This document shows, one piece after another, positions 25,751-35,057 of a stretch of 35,280 bases of DNA; within the stretch, counting starts at the first letter, position 1, and every line of letters begins with the position of its first letter. The notes below the pieces were generated by a model. That model had not been told where the DNA came from, did no database searches, and saw only the letters and a list, made by a program, of their open reading frames with translations. The stretch is from the NCBI GenBank assembly GCA_030648435.1, contig JAUSHE010000004.1, forward strand, positions 1 through 35,280. Reading direction: 5' to 3'. The position numbers were made by a program, and so were the translations under genes. This stretch comes from Candidatus Daviesbacteria bacterium. GTDB lineage: Bacteria > Patescibacteriota > Microgenomatia > Daviesbacterales > UBA10151.

Positions 25751-25888
25751 ATGCCAAAGAGGACATATCAACCTAAAAAATTAAAAAGAGCCAGAAAACA
25801 TGGCTTTATGGCCAGGACTGCGACAGCCGGCGGTCGGAAAGTGTTAAAAAGAAGAAGAGCAGAGGGTAGGGCTCGGCTCACAGTCTAA
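25751..25888 (+). CDS. rpmH: 50S ribosomal protein L34 (absent from the ORF track)
   Basis: [45 protein letters not shown]. Confidence 0.98.
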   Translation: MPKRTYQPKKLKRARKHGFMARTATAGGRKVLKRRRAEGRARLTV

Positions 25889-26226
25889 TGCTTCCCAAAT
25901 CTCAACGGTTAAATTTAAAAAAAGATTTCAAATGGGTAGTTGCGGGTCAAAAACTGGAATCCAAATACTTAAAATTATTTTTTAAACGTGGCGACAATCA
26001 AACGCCCCGTGTCGGCATAGCAGGATCCTCCAAGACCTTTAAAAAAGCAACTGAGCGCAACCGCGCCAGAAGACTCACTTCGAAAGCCTTTGAATCTATT
26101 TATTCAGAACTACCAAAGAATATTAATATAGTGGCTCTTCCCAAAGCAGGGATAACTAGTGTAAAATCAGATCTTGTGCTTTTGGATCTGGAGTCAACTT
26201 TAAAAAATGCAAAAATTATTGATTAA
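25888..26226 (+). CDS. rnpA: RNase P protein component
   Basis: [23 protein letters not shown]; follows rpmH. Confidence 0.95.
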   Translation: MLPKSQRLNLKKDFKWVVAGQKLESKYLKLFFKRGDNQTPRVGIAGSSKTFKKATERNRARRLTSKAFESIYSELPKNINIVALPKAGITSVKSDLVLLDLESTLKNAKIID

Positions 26227-26407
26227 TTTAATAAATTTCTACCAAACTTTTCTCTCATTTGACAAGGGAGTTTTGGCTATCTTTGCGCCTGGTGGTGCCT
26301 GCAAACAAAATATCAGTTGTTCTGAATATACCAAACAAAGTGTCAGAAAATTTGGGGCATCTAGGGGAATCTTAATGGGAATGAAAAGAATTTGGAGCTG
26401 CAGATGA
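26207..26407 (+). CDS. yidD: Membrane protein insertion efficiency factor (short)
   Basis: FYQTFLS..CKQNISCSEY..KFG..KRIWSC; synteny. Confidence 0.88.
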   Translation: MQKLLINLINFYQTFLSFDKGVLAIFAPGGACKQNISCSEYTKQSVRKFGASRGILMGMKRIWSCR

Positions 26408-27261
26408 ATCTAGGATTCATAGGAGATATTTTTAACTTAGTATTTTTCGGACCTGTTGTTAATCTTCTGGTGCTGGTTTATTCCGGTTTAAATGCAATTC
26501 ATATACCCGGGGCTTTGGGATTTTCTATCATGATTTTGACTGTTTCGATAAGGTTTTTGGTCTGGCCTTTTATGGCTTCACAAATTAAAGCTACCAAAAA
26601 AATGGCTGACCTAAAGCCTCACCTAGACGCTTTAAAGATAAAGCATAAGGGCGACAAGCAGGCTATGGCGCAGGCCCAGATGGCGCTCTACAAAGAGCAC
26701 GGGGTAAATCCGGCGGGCGGTTGTTTGCCGGCCATAATTCAGATCCCGGTTTTTATTGCACTTTATCAATCAATAATTAATATCTTGCCCGGAGCGGGCG
26801 GACACATAAATACGATAAATTCTTTGTTGTACTTTCCGCAGCTCAAACTTCCGGCTACACTTGATCCAAGTTTTTTTGGTCTTAATTTAGGAATTAAACC
26901 ATCGGATTTTGGCAAGTACGGAATCTTGCTCCTCCTGATTCCTCTGGTTACTGCAGCTTTAACTTTTGTTCAGTCAAAAATGGCTTTGCCAAAACCGGTT
27001 AAAAAATACCCATCCGACTCACCCAAAGAAGTAAAAGAAAAAGCGGGAGTGGAAGAAAGTATGGGGGCGGTGCAGTCTCAAATGGTATACATGATGCCGG
27101 TGATGATTGGTTATTTTGCCTTCTCTTTTCCGGTGGGACTTGCAATTTACTGGAATACATATACAATACTGGGAATAATTCAACAACACAGGATCGGCGG
27201 TTGGGGTGGATTAGGTGATTTGATCGCAAAGGTAAAAACTTATGGAAAATCAACTAAGTGA
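26404..27261 (+). CDS. yidC: YidC/Oxa1 insertase (short form)
   Basis: ALYKEHGVNPAGGCLPAIIQIPVFIALY..PVGLAIYW..QQ; ATG 26404 overlaps the yidD stop. Confidence 0.97.
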   Translation: MNLGFIGDIFNLVFFGPVVNLLVLVYSGLNAIHIPGALGFSIMILTVSIRFLVWPFMASQIKATKKMADLKPHLDALKIKHKGDKQAMAQAQMALYKEHGVNPAGGCLPAIIQIPVFIALYQSIINILPGAGGHINTINSLLYFPQLKLPATLDPSFFGLNLGIKPSDFGKYGILLLLIPLVTAALTFVQSKMALPKPVKKYPSDSPKEVKEKAGVEESMGAVQSQMVYMMPVMIGYFAFSFPVGLAIYWNTYTILGIIQQHRIGGWGGLGDLIAKVKTYGKSTK

Positions 27262-27745
27262 GATATTAGACAATTTGCTCGGAATGTTGCTTCTGGAAGG
27301 AAGTTATGAAATCGAGGAAAAAGATGAAAACTTCACGGTTTCGATCGAAACCAAAGACGCAGGAAGATTGATAGGAGCGAGAGGTGAATCTTTGGACGGC
27401 TTGCAGACCCTGGTTAATCAAATGGTGTTTAGAAAGATGGGAGAAGTTCCAAGTCAAAAAAGAGTGGTCATAGATGTTGAGGGCTGGAGGAAGCAAAAAG
27501 AAGAAGAGTTGGCCAGCAGCGCCAAAAGTTGGGGTACGCAGGTTTTGGAGGATAAAAAGGAATTAGAGTTGGAACCAATGTCTCCATGGCAGAGAAGAAT
27601 AGTTCATATGGTGATTGCAGAAATGCCGGGACTCTCGAGTGAAAGTGCGGGAGAAGGCAGGGATCGTCATATTGTAATTAAACTCGAAACTCGAAATCCG
27701 AAATCCGAAACTGAAGAACAAAATGCTGAAGCAAGCGGCGCCTGA
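27242..27745 (+). CDS. jag: Jag/KhpB-like KH + R3H RNA-binding protein lacking the Jag_N domain
   Basis: GRLIGARGESLDGLQ; LEPMSPWQRRIVH..SESAGEGRDRHIVI. Confidence 0.92.
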   Translation: MENQLSEILDNLLGMLLLEGSYEIEEKDENFTVSIETKDAGRLIGARGESLDGLQTLVNQMVFRKMGEVPSQKRVVIDVEGWRKQKEEELASSAKSWGTQVLEDKKELELEPMSPWQRRIVHMVIAEMPGLSSESAGEGRDRHIVIKLETRNPKSETEEQNAEASGA

Positions 27746-28910
27746 GGCGCTAAAAAAGATTGAGGATTTCTTCCTCTTTTTAACCCTGCTTTTTTTACCC
27801 ACTCAACTAGGTTTACATTTTTGGCCAAAGTTTTCCTATATTTATTCTCTCAAAATAGATTATCTCTCCCCTGTTGTTTATTTTTGGGATATTTTGGTAA
27901 TGCTGCTTTTTATTTTATGGATTTTTGGAAAACCCAGGATTAATAAATTAGCCCTTAACTTAATGTTACTTTTTTTGTTTACCCAAGCTTTATCCCTGCT
28001 CGGGACTGCTAATTTAGGAGCAGGACTGGTTCGGTTAGAGCAATATATTATTGCAGGATTTTTTGGCATCTATCTGTCGTCTCTGCAAAATAAAAAAGCT
28101 ATTTATCTGCCATTGTTGTTGGGAGTTCTGGGAGAATCACTTATTGCGATTTTACAATTCATACATGGGGCAACTTTGGGACTTTGGATTTTGGGGGAGC
28201 GAAGTTTTAGTATCACAACTCCAGGTATTGCCAAGTTTGATATTTTTGGGATGCAATTTTTGCGCCCTTACGGCACATTCCCCCATCCTAATGTTTTAGC
28301 AGGATACATGTTAATAGTATCAAGTATCTTGTATCAAGTATCATGGGGAAGACAGAAAATATTTAAGATTGCACTTCTTTTTTCAGGAATTTCTATTTTT
28401 TTAACGATGTCGCGGACTGCTATTCTTTACGGTTTTATACTGCTGGTTTTTCTACGTAAGAAATTTCTAATATTGCTTGTTTTACTGCTAACTCCGGTTT
28501 TATTTATCCGATTTTCCAGTATTTTAAATTTTGATAATTTGGCGCTTCTGCGCCGTGAAGAACTTATTGGTTCTGCCTGGCAACTTTTTTTAAAATCCCC
28601 CCTTTATGGAATCGGTCTTAATAATTTTATCCCGGCACTTGCCAATAATTTGATCAGCGGCCCCAGTCGTTTTCTGCAACCAGCACATAATATTTTCTTT
28701 TTAACTTTAGCCGAAACAGGAATAATTGGTTTAACGGGTTTAATAATTATGATTGGCTACCCTATTGTAAAAAAAGCAAACCTTTTGCCTTGGCTGATTA
28801 TTATTTTTTTGGGATTGTTTGATCATTATTTTTTAACCTTGCCGCAGGGGTATAGATTATTATTTTTGGTATGGGGTCTGTCTCTGTCCCGTGTTAAAAT
28901 TGTTTCGTGA
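27723..28910 (+). CDS. O-antigen ligase/polymerase-family (Wzy_C) membrane protein
   Basis: RPYGTFPHPNVLAGY, LTMSRTA, PLYGIGLNNF, PAHNIFFLTLAETGIIG. Confidence 0.88.
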   Translation: MLKQAAPEALKKIEDFFLFLTLLFLPTQLGLHFWPKFSYIYSLKIDYLSPVVYFWDILVMLLFILWIFGKPRINKLALNLMLLFLFTQALSLLGTANLGAGLVRLEQYIIAGFFGIYLSSLQNKKAIYLPLLLGVLGESLIAILQFIHGATLGLWILGERSFSITTPGIAKFDIFGMQFLRPYGTFPHPNVLAGYMLIVSSILYQVSWGRQKIFKIALLFSGISIFLTMSRTAILYGFILLVFLRKKFLILLVLLLTPVLFIRFSSILNFDNLALLRREELIGSAWQLFLKSPLYGIGLNNFIPALANNLISGPSRFLQPAHNIFFLTLAETGIIGLTGLIIMIGYPIVKKANLLPWLIIIFLGLFDHYFLTLPQGYRLLFLVWGLSLSRVKIVS

Positions 28911-30085
28911 ATCATTTTTCCAAAATCTTTAAACAAACTTCATGGCAGGTGGCGGGTAAGGTTGTCACGTCGGCGTCTACTTTTATTATCCTCGGACTGG
29001 TAGCGAGAAATTATGGCAAAGAAGGAACGGGAATTTTTACATTGGCACTCACCTATTTAGCAATGTTCTATATGCTGGCGGACTTCGGCTTTAACGCTCA
29101 TGTGTTAAAGAAGGGAGATATCGAATGGAATAAATTATTGGGGGCGAGAATTATTTGGTCTGGTGTATTGGTAGTTTTGGCTCTTGGGTTGTTGCCTTTT
29201 CTGCCGTTTAAAACTCCCCTTTTTTCCAACGCTGTTTTATTTGGAGTGTTGGCAATTTTTGGATCTTCTGTATTTACGACCTGTAATTTAATTTTTCAAA
29301 AAAAACTGCGTTATGACTTATCTGTTTTGGCATCCAGCATCGGTACAATAATTAGTTTATTGATTTTTGTAGGTTTTGTTTCATTCAAATTTCCTGTTTC
29401 TTCCCTATTGTTTGCGCATTTTATTGGCTGGATTATTATTGCTTTTTTTGCTTTGATTTTGGTTAGAAAATTTCTGCGTAATGTATTCCCACTATACGAT
29501 ATACGCTATACATTATACTTATTTAAGGATTCCTGGCCGATTGCTGCAACACTTGCCTTAAATGTAATTTATTTCCGGGCTGATTCTTTTATGATTGCTT
29601 ATTTTAAGAATACCGCAGATGTCGGGATTTACAATATTGCCTACTCTATTTTTCAAACGGCCCTGGTTTTGCCAACTTTTATTATGAATGCGTATTATCC
29701 TTTGATGCTTAAATCTCTTAAAAAAATAAAACTGATTGGTTTGAGCCTTTTGGGCCTGGCTTTTATTGGGACTATTTTTACAATAATTTTTGCCCCATTC
29801 GTGATTAAAATTTTAACCGGTGGGGGGTTTGAGGGCTCTGTTGCAAGTCTTCAGATTTTATCCCTGGGTTTTCCGGCCTACTTTTTATCAGCACTTTTGA
29901 TGTGGCTTCTGATTACCAAGGGCAAGTATAAACAGATGTTTGCAATTTACGCATTTGGACTGCTTGTAAATATTATTCTTAATTTTATTTATATCCCTCA
30001 GTCCTCATTTATTGCCGCGTCATGGACTACTGTCATTTCCGAGTACTTGATTTTAATTCTGCAAATACTTATCCTTAGAAGATGA
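28907..30085 (+). CDS. Wzx-like oligosaccharide flippase
   Basis: ADFGF, IYFRADSFMI..VGIYNIAY, VNIILNFIYIP..AASWTTVISE. Confidence 0.88.
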   Translation: MNHFSKIFKQTSWQVAGKVVTSASTFIILGLVARNYGKEGTGIFTLALTYLAMFYMLADFGFNAHVLKKGDIEWNKLLGARIIWSGVLVVLALGLLPFLPFKTPLFSNAVLFGVLAIFGSSVFTTCNLIFQKKLRYDLSVLASSIGTIISLLIFVGFVSFKFPVSSLLFAHFIGWIIIAFFALILVRKFLRNVFPLYDIRYTLYLFKDSWPIAATLALNVIYFRADSFMIAYFKNTADVGIYNIAYSIFQTALVLPTFIMNAYYPLMLKSLKKIKLIGLSLLGLAFIGTIFTIIFAPFVIKILTGGGFEGSVASLQILSLGFPAYFLSALLMWLLITKGKYKQMFAIYAFGLLVNIILNFIYIPQSSFIAASWTTVISEYLILILQILILRR

Positions 30086-30492
30086 AACTTATCATCTACA
30101 CCGACGGAGCTTCCCGCGGCAATCCCGGTCATGCCAGCTATGGTTTTACTATCTCAGACGAAAAGGGAAAACTGATTTTTGAAGAAGGAAAATATATCGG
30201 AATTGCGACGAATAATGTTGCAGAGTATATGGCAGTTTTGGAAGCTTTGAGATATATCAAAAAAAGTCTCAGCAAGCAGACTTTGCAGATAGAACTTTAC
30301 GCCGATTCAAAACTGGTAGTTGAACAACTCTCCGGCAGATTTAAGGTTAAGAGTCCTCACTTAAAACCATTGATTGAGCAAATACAGATTTTGAAAATGG
30401 AACTGGGCGGAGCAATACATAATCATGTGCCACGGGAGAAAAATACAGAAGCCGACAGACTGGCAAATTTAGCTCTTGATACCCGCATTTAA
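30082..30492 (+). CDS. rnhA: Ribonuclease HI family protein
   Basis: YTDGASRGNPG, TNNVAEY, DSKLVVEQ, HVPREKNTEADRLAN. Confidence 0.95.
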   Translation: MKLIIYTDGASRGNPGHASYGFTISDEKGKLIFEEGKYIGIATNNVAEYMAVLEALRYIKKSLSKQTLQIELYADSKLVVEQLSGRFKVKSPHLKPLIEQIQILKMELGGAIHNHVPREKNTEADRLANLALDTRI

Positions 30493-30570
30493 TTACCTAG
30501 CCTTAAAATGACATAGAATGTAACGTTTCCTCTATATTGCTTTTAAGTCCAGTGGTGATACGATTTACGC

Positions 30571-33384
30571 GTGGACGAATTAGTGGTATCTAGCAATAAA
30601 AAAAATAGCATTTTGCTTTCGCGAAACAAGCCTGTGGCATTAGTTGTGGGAGCTGCGGGATTTCTGGGCTCTCATTTGGTTGACGTGTTGCTGGATAAAG
30701 ATATTCAGGTAGTTGGGGTTGACAACAAGAAAGAGAATTTAAGAAAAGCAACTGAAAACCGCAACTTTCATTTTATTTTAGAGTCAATCGAAAGCATAAA
30801 TTTTGCGCCGGAGCGGCTTGACTACTTATTTATAGTTTCCTCAGAAAAAGAAGATTTAAGCAAAGTGCTTGCTGTTTTTAAGGAAACAAAATGCAGATGT
30901 CTTTTTGTTTCATCGATTGATCTTTACGATAAAGAAAACTTAAACGAAGACTTAAAAATATTAAAACTGAAGGAAGCGAAAATTGCAAAGTTCGCAGCCG
31001 ACTTTGGATTAAACGCCAGAATTTTGCGGCTGGGTCCTGTCTTTGGACCAAGAATGAATTTTGAAGAACATGACCCGCTTATCAAATTACTAAAGCAATC
31101 TTTGACGGATAATTTGCAGAAAGACGTTTCGCTGGAGTTTTCGACGCGCGCTTTGTATGTGGCAGATGCCATGGAGCTGATGATAAAAACAATATTTGCC
31201 GGATCTACCTCACAGAAAATCTTTGACGGTGTAAATACTGCTCCGCTTAAGGTTTCAGAAATTAAGCAGGTACTTCTCGATCCTGTCTGGTATGAAAATA
31301 GAGATTTTGTTTTTTCTGCTCTTCCTCCCTGGCCAACTCCGAATTTAGAAAAAACTATAAAGTTTCTAAATTGGCAACCGAAATCCAAAATACTGTCAAA
31401 ACTAAGAGATACACTGGTATTTTTTAAGGATAATGAAATAGAAATTCCGGAGGAGGAAGAAGAAAAAGTAGTGCTAAATCAGGAAAAGAAGGCGGAGATA
31501 GAGGAGTTTAAAAAAGAGGAAGGGGGAGAGAAAAAAGAAAATAAAAAGAAGGGGAGTCAGTCAAAAATTAAAATTCCTTTTTCTAAAATATATTTATTTG
31601 CGCTTATTGCACTGGTAACATATGCGCTGATTTATCCGGCGCTTACTTTGGGATGGGGAATTTTTACTTTTCAAGCAGAGTTTAAATCAGCAATTGTAAA
31701 TTTACAAAAAGGGGAGTTTGAAAAAAGTTTACAGAATATAAACAATGCAGAGGGCGGTGCTAACGCAGTAAAATCAATTTTTGAATCAATAGAACCTATT
31801 ACAAAAAGGGGATTGCCTTTAACAAATTTAGCAGACTTTTGGCTGAGCGGTGCTGAAGGAACCGTCAAAGGAGTGCAACAGCTGTTGCTGGGTTTAAAAG
31901 CGGTGACAGGGGAGTTACCGGAGTCACCGGAGGTTTATTTTAGCTCTGCTACATCCGAACTGGCCTCTGCCGGTGACAACCTATCAAGAGCAGACGCACT
32001 GATGGGCAGTCAGGAGTTTAAAAAGAATCTGCAGGCTGTCTTTACAGGAGAAATTAATAATCTCTCTTCCAAAGTATCTCTTTACCGGAATTTAATAAGT
32101 AAGGCGCAGGCGTTGTCCGTTTTGCTGCCGAAGCTGGTGGCGATTGAGGGAAGCAAAGATTATTTGATTCTGCTTCAAAATAATATGGAGCTCCGGCCGG
32201 GTGGCGGTTTTATCGGCTCTTTTGCAAAAGTTTCATTTGAAGGAGGGAAATTAAAGAAATTAACAGTTAATGATATCTATTCCATAGACGGGCAACTTTC
32301 AATTCATGTCGAGCCTCCCAAGGAGATCAAAGAGGATTTGGGGCAGAACAACTGGTATCTTAGGGATTCAAATTGGGAGAGCGATTTCCCGACCAGTGCC
32401 CGCCAGGCCGAGTGGTTTTATACAAAAGAAACAGGGGAGACAGTTGAGGGTGTGATAGCGATGGATGTCTCAGCTATGGGGAAACTACTGTCGGCAATCG
32501 GGCCTTTGACTCTCTCGGATTATAATGAAAAAATTACAGCAAATAATCTTTTTGAGCGGGCAATATCTCACGCGGAAATGAGTTTTTTCCCGGGTTCCCA
32601 GGCCAAGAAGAGTTTTCTGACGGCTCTCACAAATGAGGCTTTTAATAAAATATTTTTTCTTCCCCAAAATAATTGGCCGGGGGTAATTACGGCGGCAAGT
32701 GAAGCGCTGGATGAAAAACACGTCAGTATCTATTTAAATGATGCCAAGCTTTTTTCCTACGCCGACTCATTGGGCTGGACTCATGCGTTTCCAAGAGCTA
32801 CAAAAAATAACAGCAGTCAGGATTTCTTAAGTTTGGTGGAAGCAAATCTGGGGGCCAATAAAGCTAATTATTATGTGGACAGAAGTTATAATCTGGCAAC
32901 AACAGTTGGCAAAGAAGGTGAAATAAAACACAGGCTCCGGGTAAGTTATGTAAACAGAAGCCCTTCGGACACTTTCCCCGGGGGAAAATACAAAGACAGA
33001 ATGCGGATTTATTTACCCTTCGGCAGCAAAATAACACAGGTGCTTTGGGGAGAAGCGAACAAAACAGGGGAGCTAACCGGCTTCGTAGATTATGGTAGGG
33101 CGGGTTATTCGATACTGCTTGAGATCAACCCCAAAGAGCAAAAAACTTTGGTCATAGATTACACGGTGCCGATAAAACTGGAATTTGTGAGTGGACAAGC
33201 GCAATATAGATTGAATGTTGTTAAACAGGCGGGAACCCTAAAGGATCCGTTTGCCTGGACAATTACTTATCCGATAAGCTACCAGTTGGTCTCTGATAAA
33301 GCCAAAAAAGTTGGACCACAAGAACAAACGATAACGACTGATTTATCAGTTGACCGCAGTTTTGAAGTGGAGTTTAAGAAATGA
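30571..33384 (+). CDS. Fusion of an NAD-dependent epimerase/dehydratase-like domain, a TM segment and a DUF4012 extracellular domain
   Basis: VGAAGFLGSHL, RLGPVFGP, ALYVADA; TM; LLQNNMELRPGGGFIGS, LRDSNWESDFPTSA, NLGANKAN. Confidence 0.85.
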   Translation: MDELVVSSNKKNSILLSRNKPVALVVGAAGFLGSHLVDVLLDKDIQVVGVDNKKENLRKATENRNFHFILESIESINFAPERLDYLFIVSSEKEDLSKVLAVFKETKCRCLFVSSIDLYDKENLNEDLKILKLKEAKIAKFAADFGLNARILRLGPVFGPRMNFEEHDPLIKLLKQSLTDNLQKDVSLEFSTRALYVADAMELMIKTIFAGSTSQKIFDGVNTAPLKVSEIKQVLLDPVWYENRDFVFSALPPWPTPNLEKTIKFLNWQPKSKILSKLRDTLVFFKDNEIEIPEEEEEKVVLNQEKKAEIEEFKKEEGGEKKENKKKGSQSKIKIPFSKIYLFALIALVTYALIYPALTLGWGIFTFQAEFKSAIVNLQKGEFEKSLQNINNAEGGANAVKSIFESIEPITKRGLPLTNLADFWLSGAEGTVKGVQQLLLGLKAVTGELPESPEVYFSSATSELASAGDNLSRADALMGSQEFKKNLQAVFTGEINNLSSKVSLYRNLISKAQALSVLLPKLVAIEGSKDYLILLQNNMELRPGGGFIGSFAKVSFEGGKLKKLTVNDIYSIDGQLSIHVEPPKEIKEDLGQNNWYLRDSNWESDFPTSARQAEWFYTKETGETVEGVIAMDVSAMGKLLSAIGPLTLSDYNEKITANNLFERAISHAEMSFFPGSQAKKSFLTALTNEAFNKIFFLPQNNWPGVITAASEALDEKHVSIYLNDAKLFSYADSLGWTHAFPRATKNNSSQDFLSLVEANLGANKANYYVDRSYNLATTVGKEGEIKHRLRVSYVNRSPSDTFPGGKYKDRMRIYLPFGSKITQVLWGEANKTGELTGFVDYGRAGYSILLEINPKEQKTLVIDYTVPIKLEFVSGQAQYRLNVVKQAGTLKDPFAWTITYPISYQLVSDKAKKVGPQEQTITTDLSVDRSFEVEFKK

Positions 33385-33396
33385 TATGATTGGTCA

Positions 33397-34239
33397 ATGG
33401 CAAATTTAGGATTTTTGGCGGCACTGGGGGCGGCTTTGGCTTGGGGCACCTGGATGGTTCCTTTTAAGAAATCAGGTAGTTCCAACTTAATTCAGTCTCA
33501 GGCATTGATTGCTGTAGCCATTGGATTTTCGGGGCTGATTATTTCACTGCTTTTAGGTTTCCCATTAAATTTTAATATTTACGGCTTAATCAGCGGTGTG
33601 CTCTGGGCAATTGGATGTGCAATTTCTCTGACAGCCTTAGTAAATTTAGGCTTATCCATCGCTACGCCATTGCTATCCTCTCTGGTTGTATTATCTTCTT
33701 TTTTGTGGGGAGCATTAGTTTTTCATGAATTGCCCGGAGGGTTGATGTTGGGTTTTCTGGGGATGGGGTTAATAGTAGCAGGAGTAATAATAGTTAGTAG
33801 TACAGGGAACATGACAAGCCGTAACGCCAAAAAAGGCCTTCTGGCAGGAGTGATTGCGGGATTAATTTTTGGCAGCCAGCTGGTGCCTATAAAAATCGGA
33901 CATGTGTCTACAGCAGATTTCTTCTTTTCTGTTTGCCTGGGGATATTTATAACGGGACTATTAATTGCTTTTATCATGAGGGTGAAATTTGAGAGAAAAG
34001 CGATTGGATCTAGCTTGTTTTGCGGGGTGATTTGGAATCTTGGTAACCTTTTATCTCTTGTTGCCGTTTCTTTAATAGGTTTAACGAAGGCTGGGCCGGT
34101 CAGTCAAGTAGCAGCGCTGGTGGCAGTTCTTTGGGGTGTGTTTTATTTTAAGGAGATCACCAAACGCCGTCAAAAGATACAGGTTTTGATAGGAGCGGCA
34201 GTTCTTGTTGGCGGAGTAATTGTGTTGGGATTTAGTTGA
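33397..34239 (+). CDS. DMT-superfamily transporter (GlcU/GRP sugar-transporter-like)
   Basis: About 10 TM; ALAWGTWMVPFK, SGVLWAIG, GLSIATP, LWGVFYFKE. Confidence 0.8.
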   Translation: MANLGFLAALGAALAWGTWMVPFKKSGSSNLIQSQALIAVAIGFSGLIISLLLGFPLNFNIYGLISGVLWAIGCAISLTALVNLGLSIATPLLSSLVVLSSFLWGALVFHELPGGLMLGFLGMGLIVAGVIIVSSTGNMTSRNAKKGLLAGVIAGLIFGSQLVPIKIGHVSTADFFFSVCLGIFITGLLIAFIMRVKFERKAIGSSLFCGVIWNLGNLLSLVAVSLIGLTKAGPVSQVAALVAVLWGVFYFKEITKRRQKIQVLIGAAVLVGGVIVLGFS

Positions 34240-34286
34240 GTCTTGCCCATTGAGCTCAAATGTGATAAATTACCCTAGTAAAAAAT

Positions 34287-35027
34287 ATGGACAGATTAAG
34301 TTTACAAGCCGAAGAAAGAATAATCCTAGGTAAAAAAGTTAAGAATTTAAGAAAAGACGGTCAGTTGCCGGGTCACGTATTTGGCAAAGGGCTGGAAACC
34401 GAACATGTCTCTGTTGACGGAAAGACTTTTTTGAAAATCTTCAAAGAAGCTGGAGAGACCGGTTTAATTGATTTGAAGATTGGCACAGAAACAATAAGGC
34501 CGGTCATGGTTAAAGGAATTCAATACAACCCCGTTTCAGGTCAGCCCGTTCACATTGATTTTTATCAGGTTAACATGTCCGAGACAGTCAAGGTGCCGGT
34601 GCCTTTGGTGCTGATTGGGGATGAACCTGAGTCAGTCAAACTGGGGGAGACGATTGTGTTGCAAACCTTAAATGAGATTGAAGTGGAAGCGCTGCCTGCG
34701 GACCTGATCGAAAAGATTGAAGTAGATATTACAGTTCTCAAGAATATTGATGATGCCATTACTGTCGGACAATTAAATTTTGACAGAACAAAATTAACGA
34801 TTGAAACAGATCCTGAAGAAATTGTTGTAAAGCTCGCTCCGGCTATTACTGAGGAAATGAAGAAACAGGCAGAAGAGGCGGCGGCGGAAACTGCTGCAGC
34901 TGCTGCTGAGACTGAAGCGGGTGCAGAGAAAGCTGAGGGTGCGGAAGGTGAGGCTCCGGCTGAGGGTGAAGCTGTTCCTGTTGAAGGTGGAGAAGAAAAA
35001 CCTGCTGAAGAAGCTCCTAAAGAATAA
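34287..35027 (+). CDS. rplY: 50S ribosomal protein L25 (long Ctc form)
   Basis: GKKVKNLRKDGQLPGHVFG, HIDFYQV, EVEALP; acidic Ala/Glu tail. Confidence 0.97.
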   Translation: MDRLSLQAEERIILGKKVKNLRKDGQLPGHVFGKGLETEHVSVDGKTFLKIFKEAGETGLIDLKIGTETIRPVMVKGIQYNPVSGQPVHIDFYQVNMSETVKVPVPLVLIGDEPESVKLGETIVLQTLNEIEVEALPADLIEKIEVDITVLKNIDDAITVGQLNFDRTKLTIETDPEEIVVKLAPAITEEMKKQAEEAAAETAAAAAETEAGAEKAEGAEGEAPAEGEAVPVEGGEEKPAEEAPKE

Positions 35028-35057
35028 AGTTCGATATTTTTTGCGTCAATTCTGCGG

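Noticed and set aside
464-34759. Many 60-150 aa ORFs antisense or out of frame to the called genes (e.g. 464-658, 2579-2848, 13187-13525, 20488-20871, 30924-31388)
   Set aside because: They are shadows of well-supported genes and have no motifs or start signals.
34860-35024. Repetitive GCT/GAG-rich tract
   Set aside because: Explained by the ordinary Ala/Glu-rich tail of L25.
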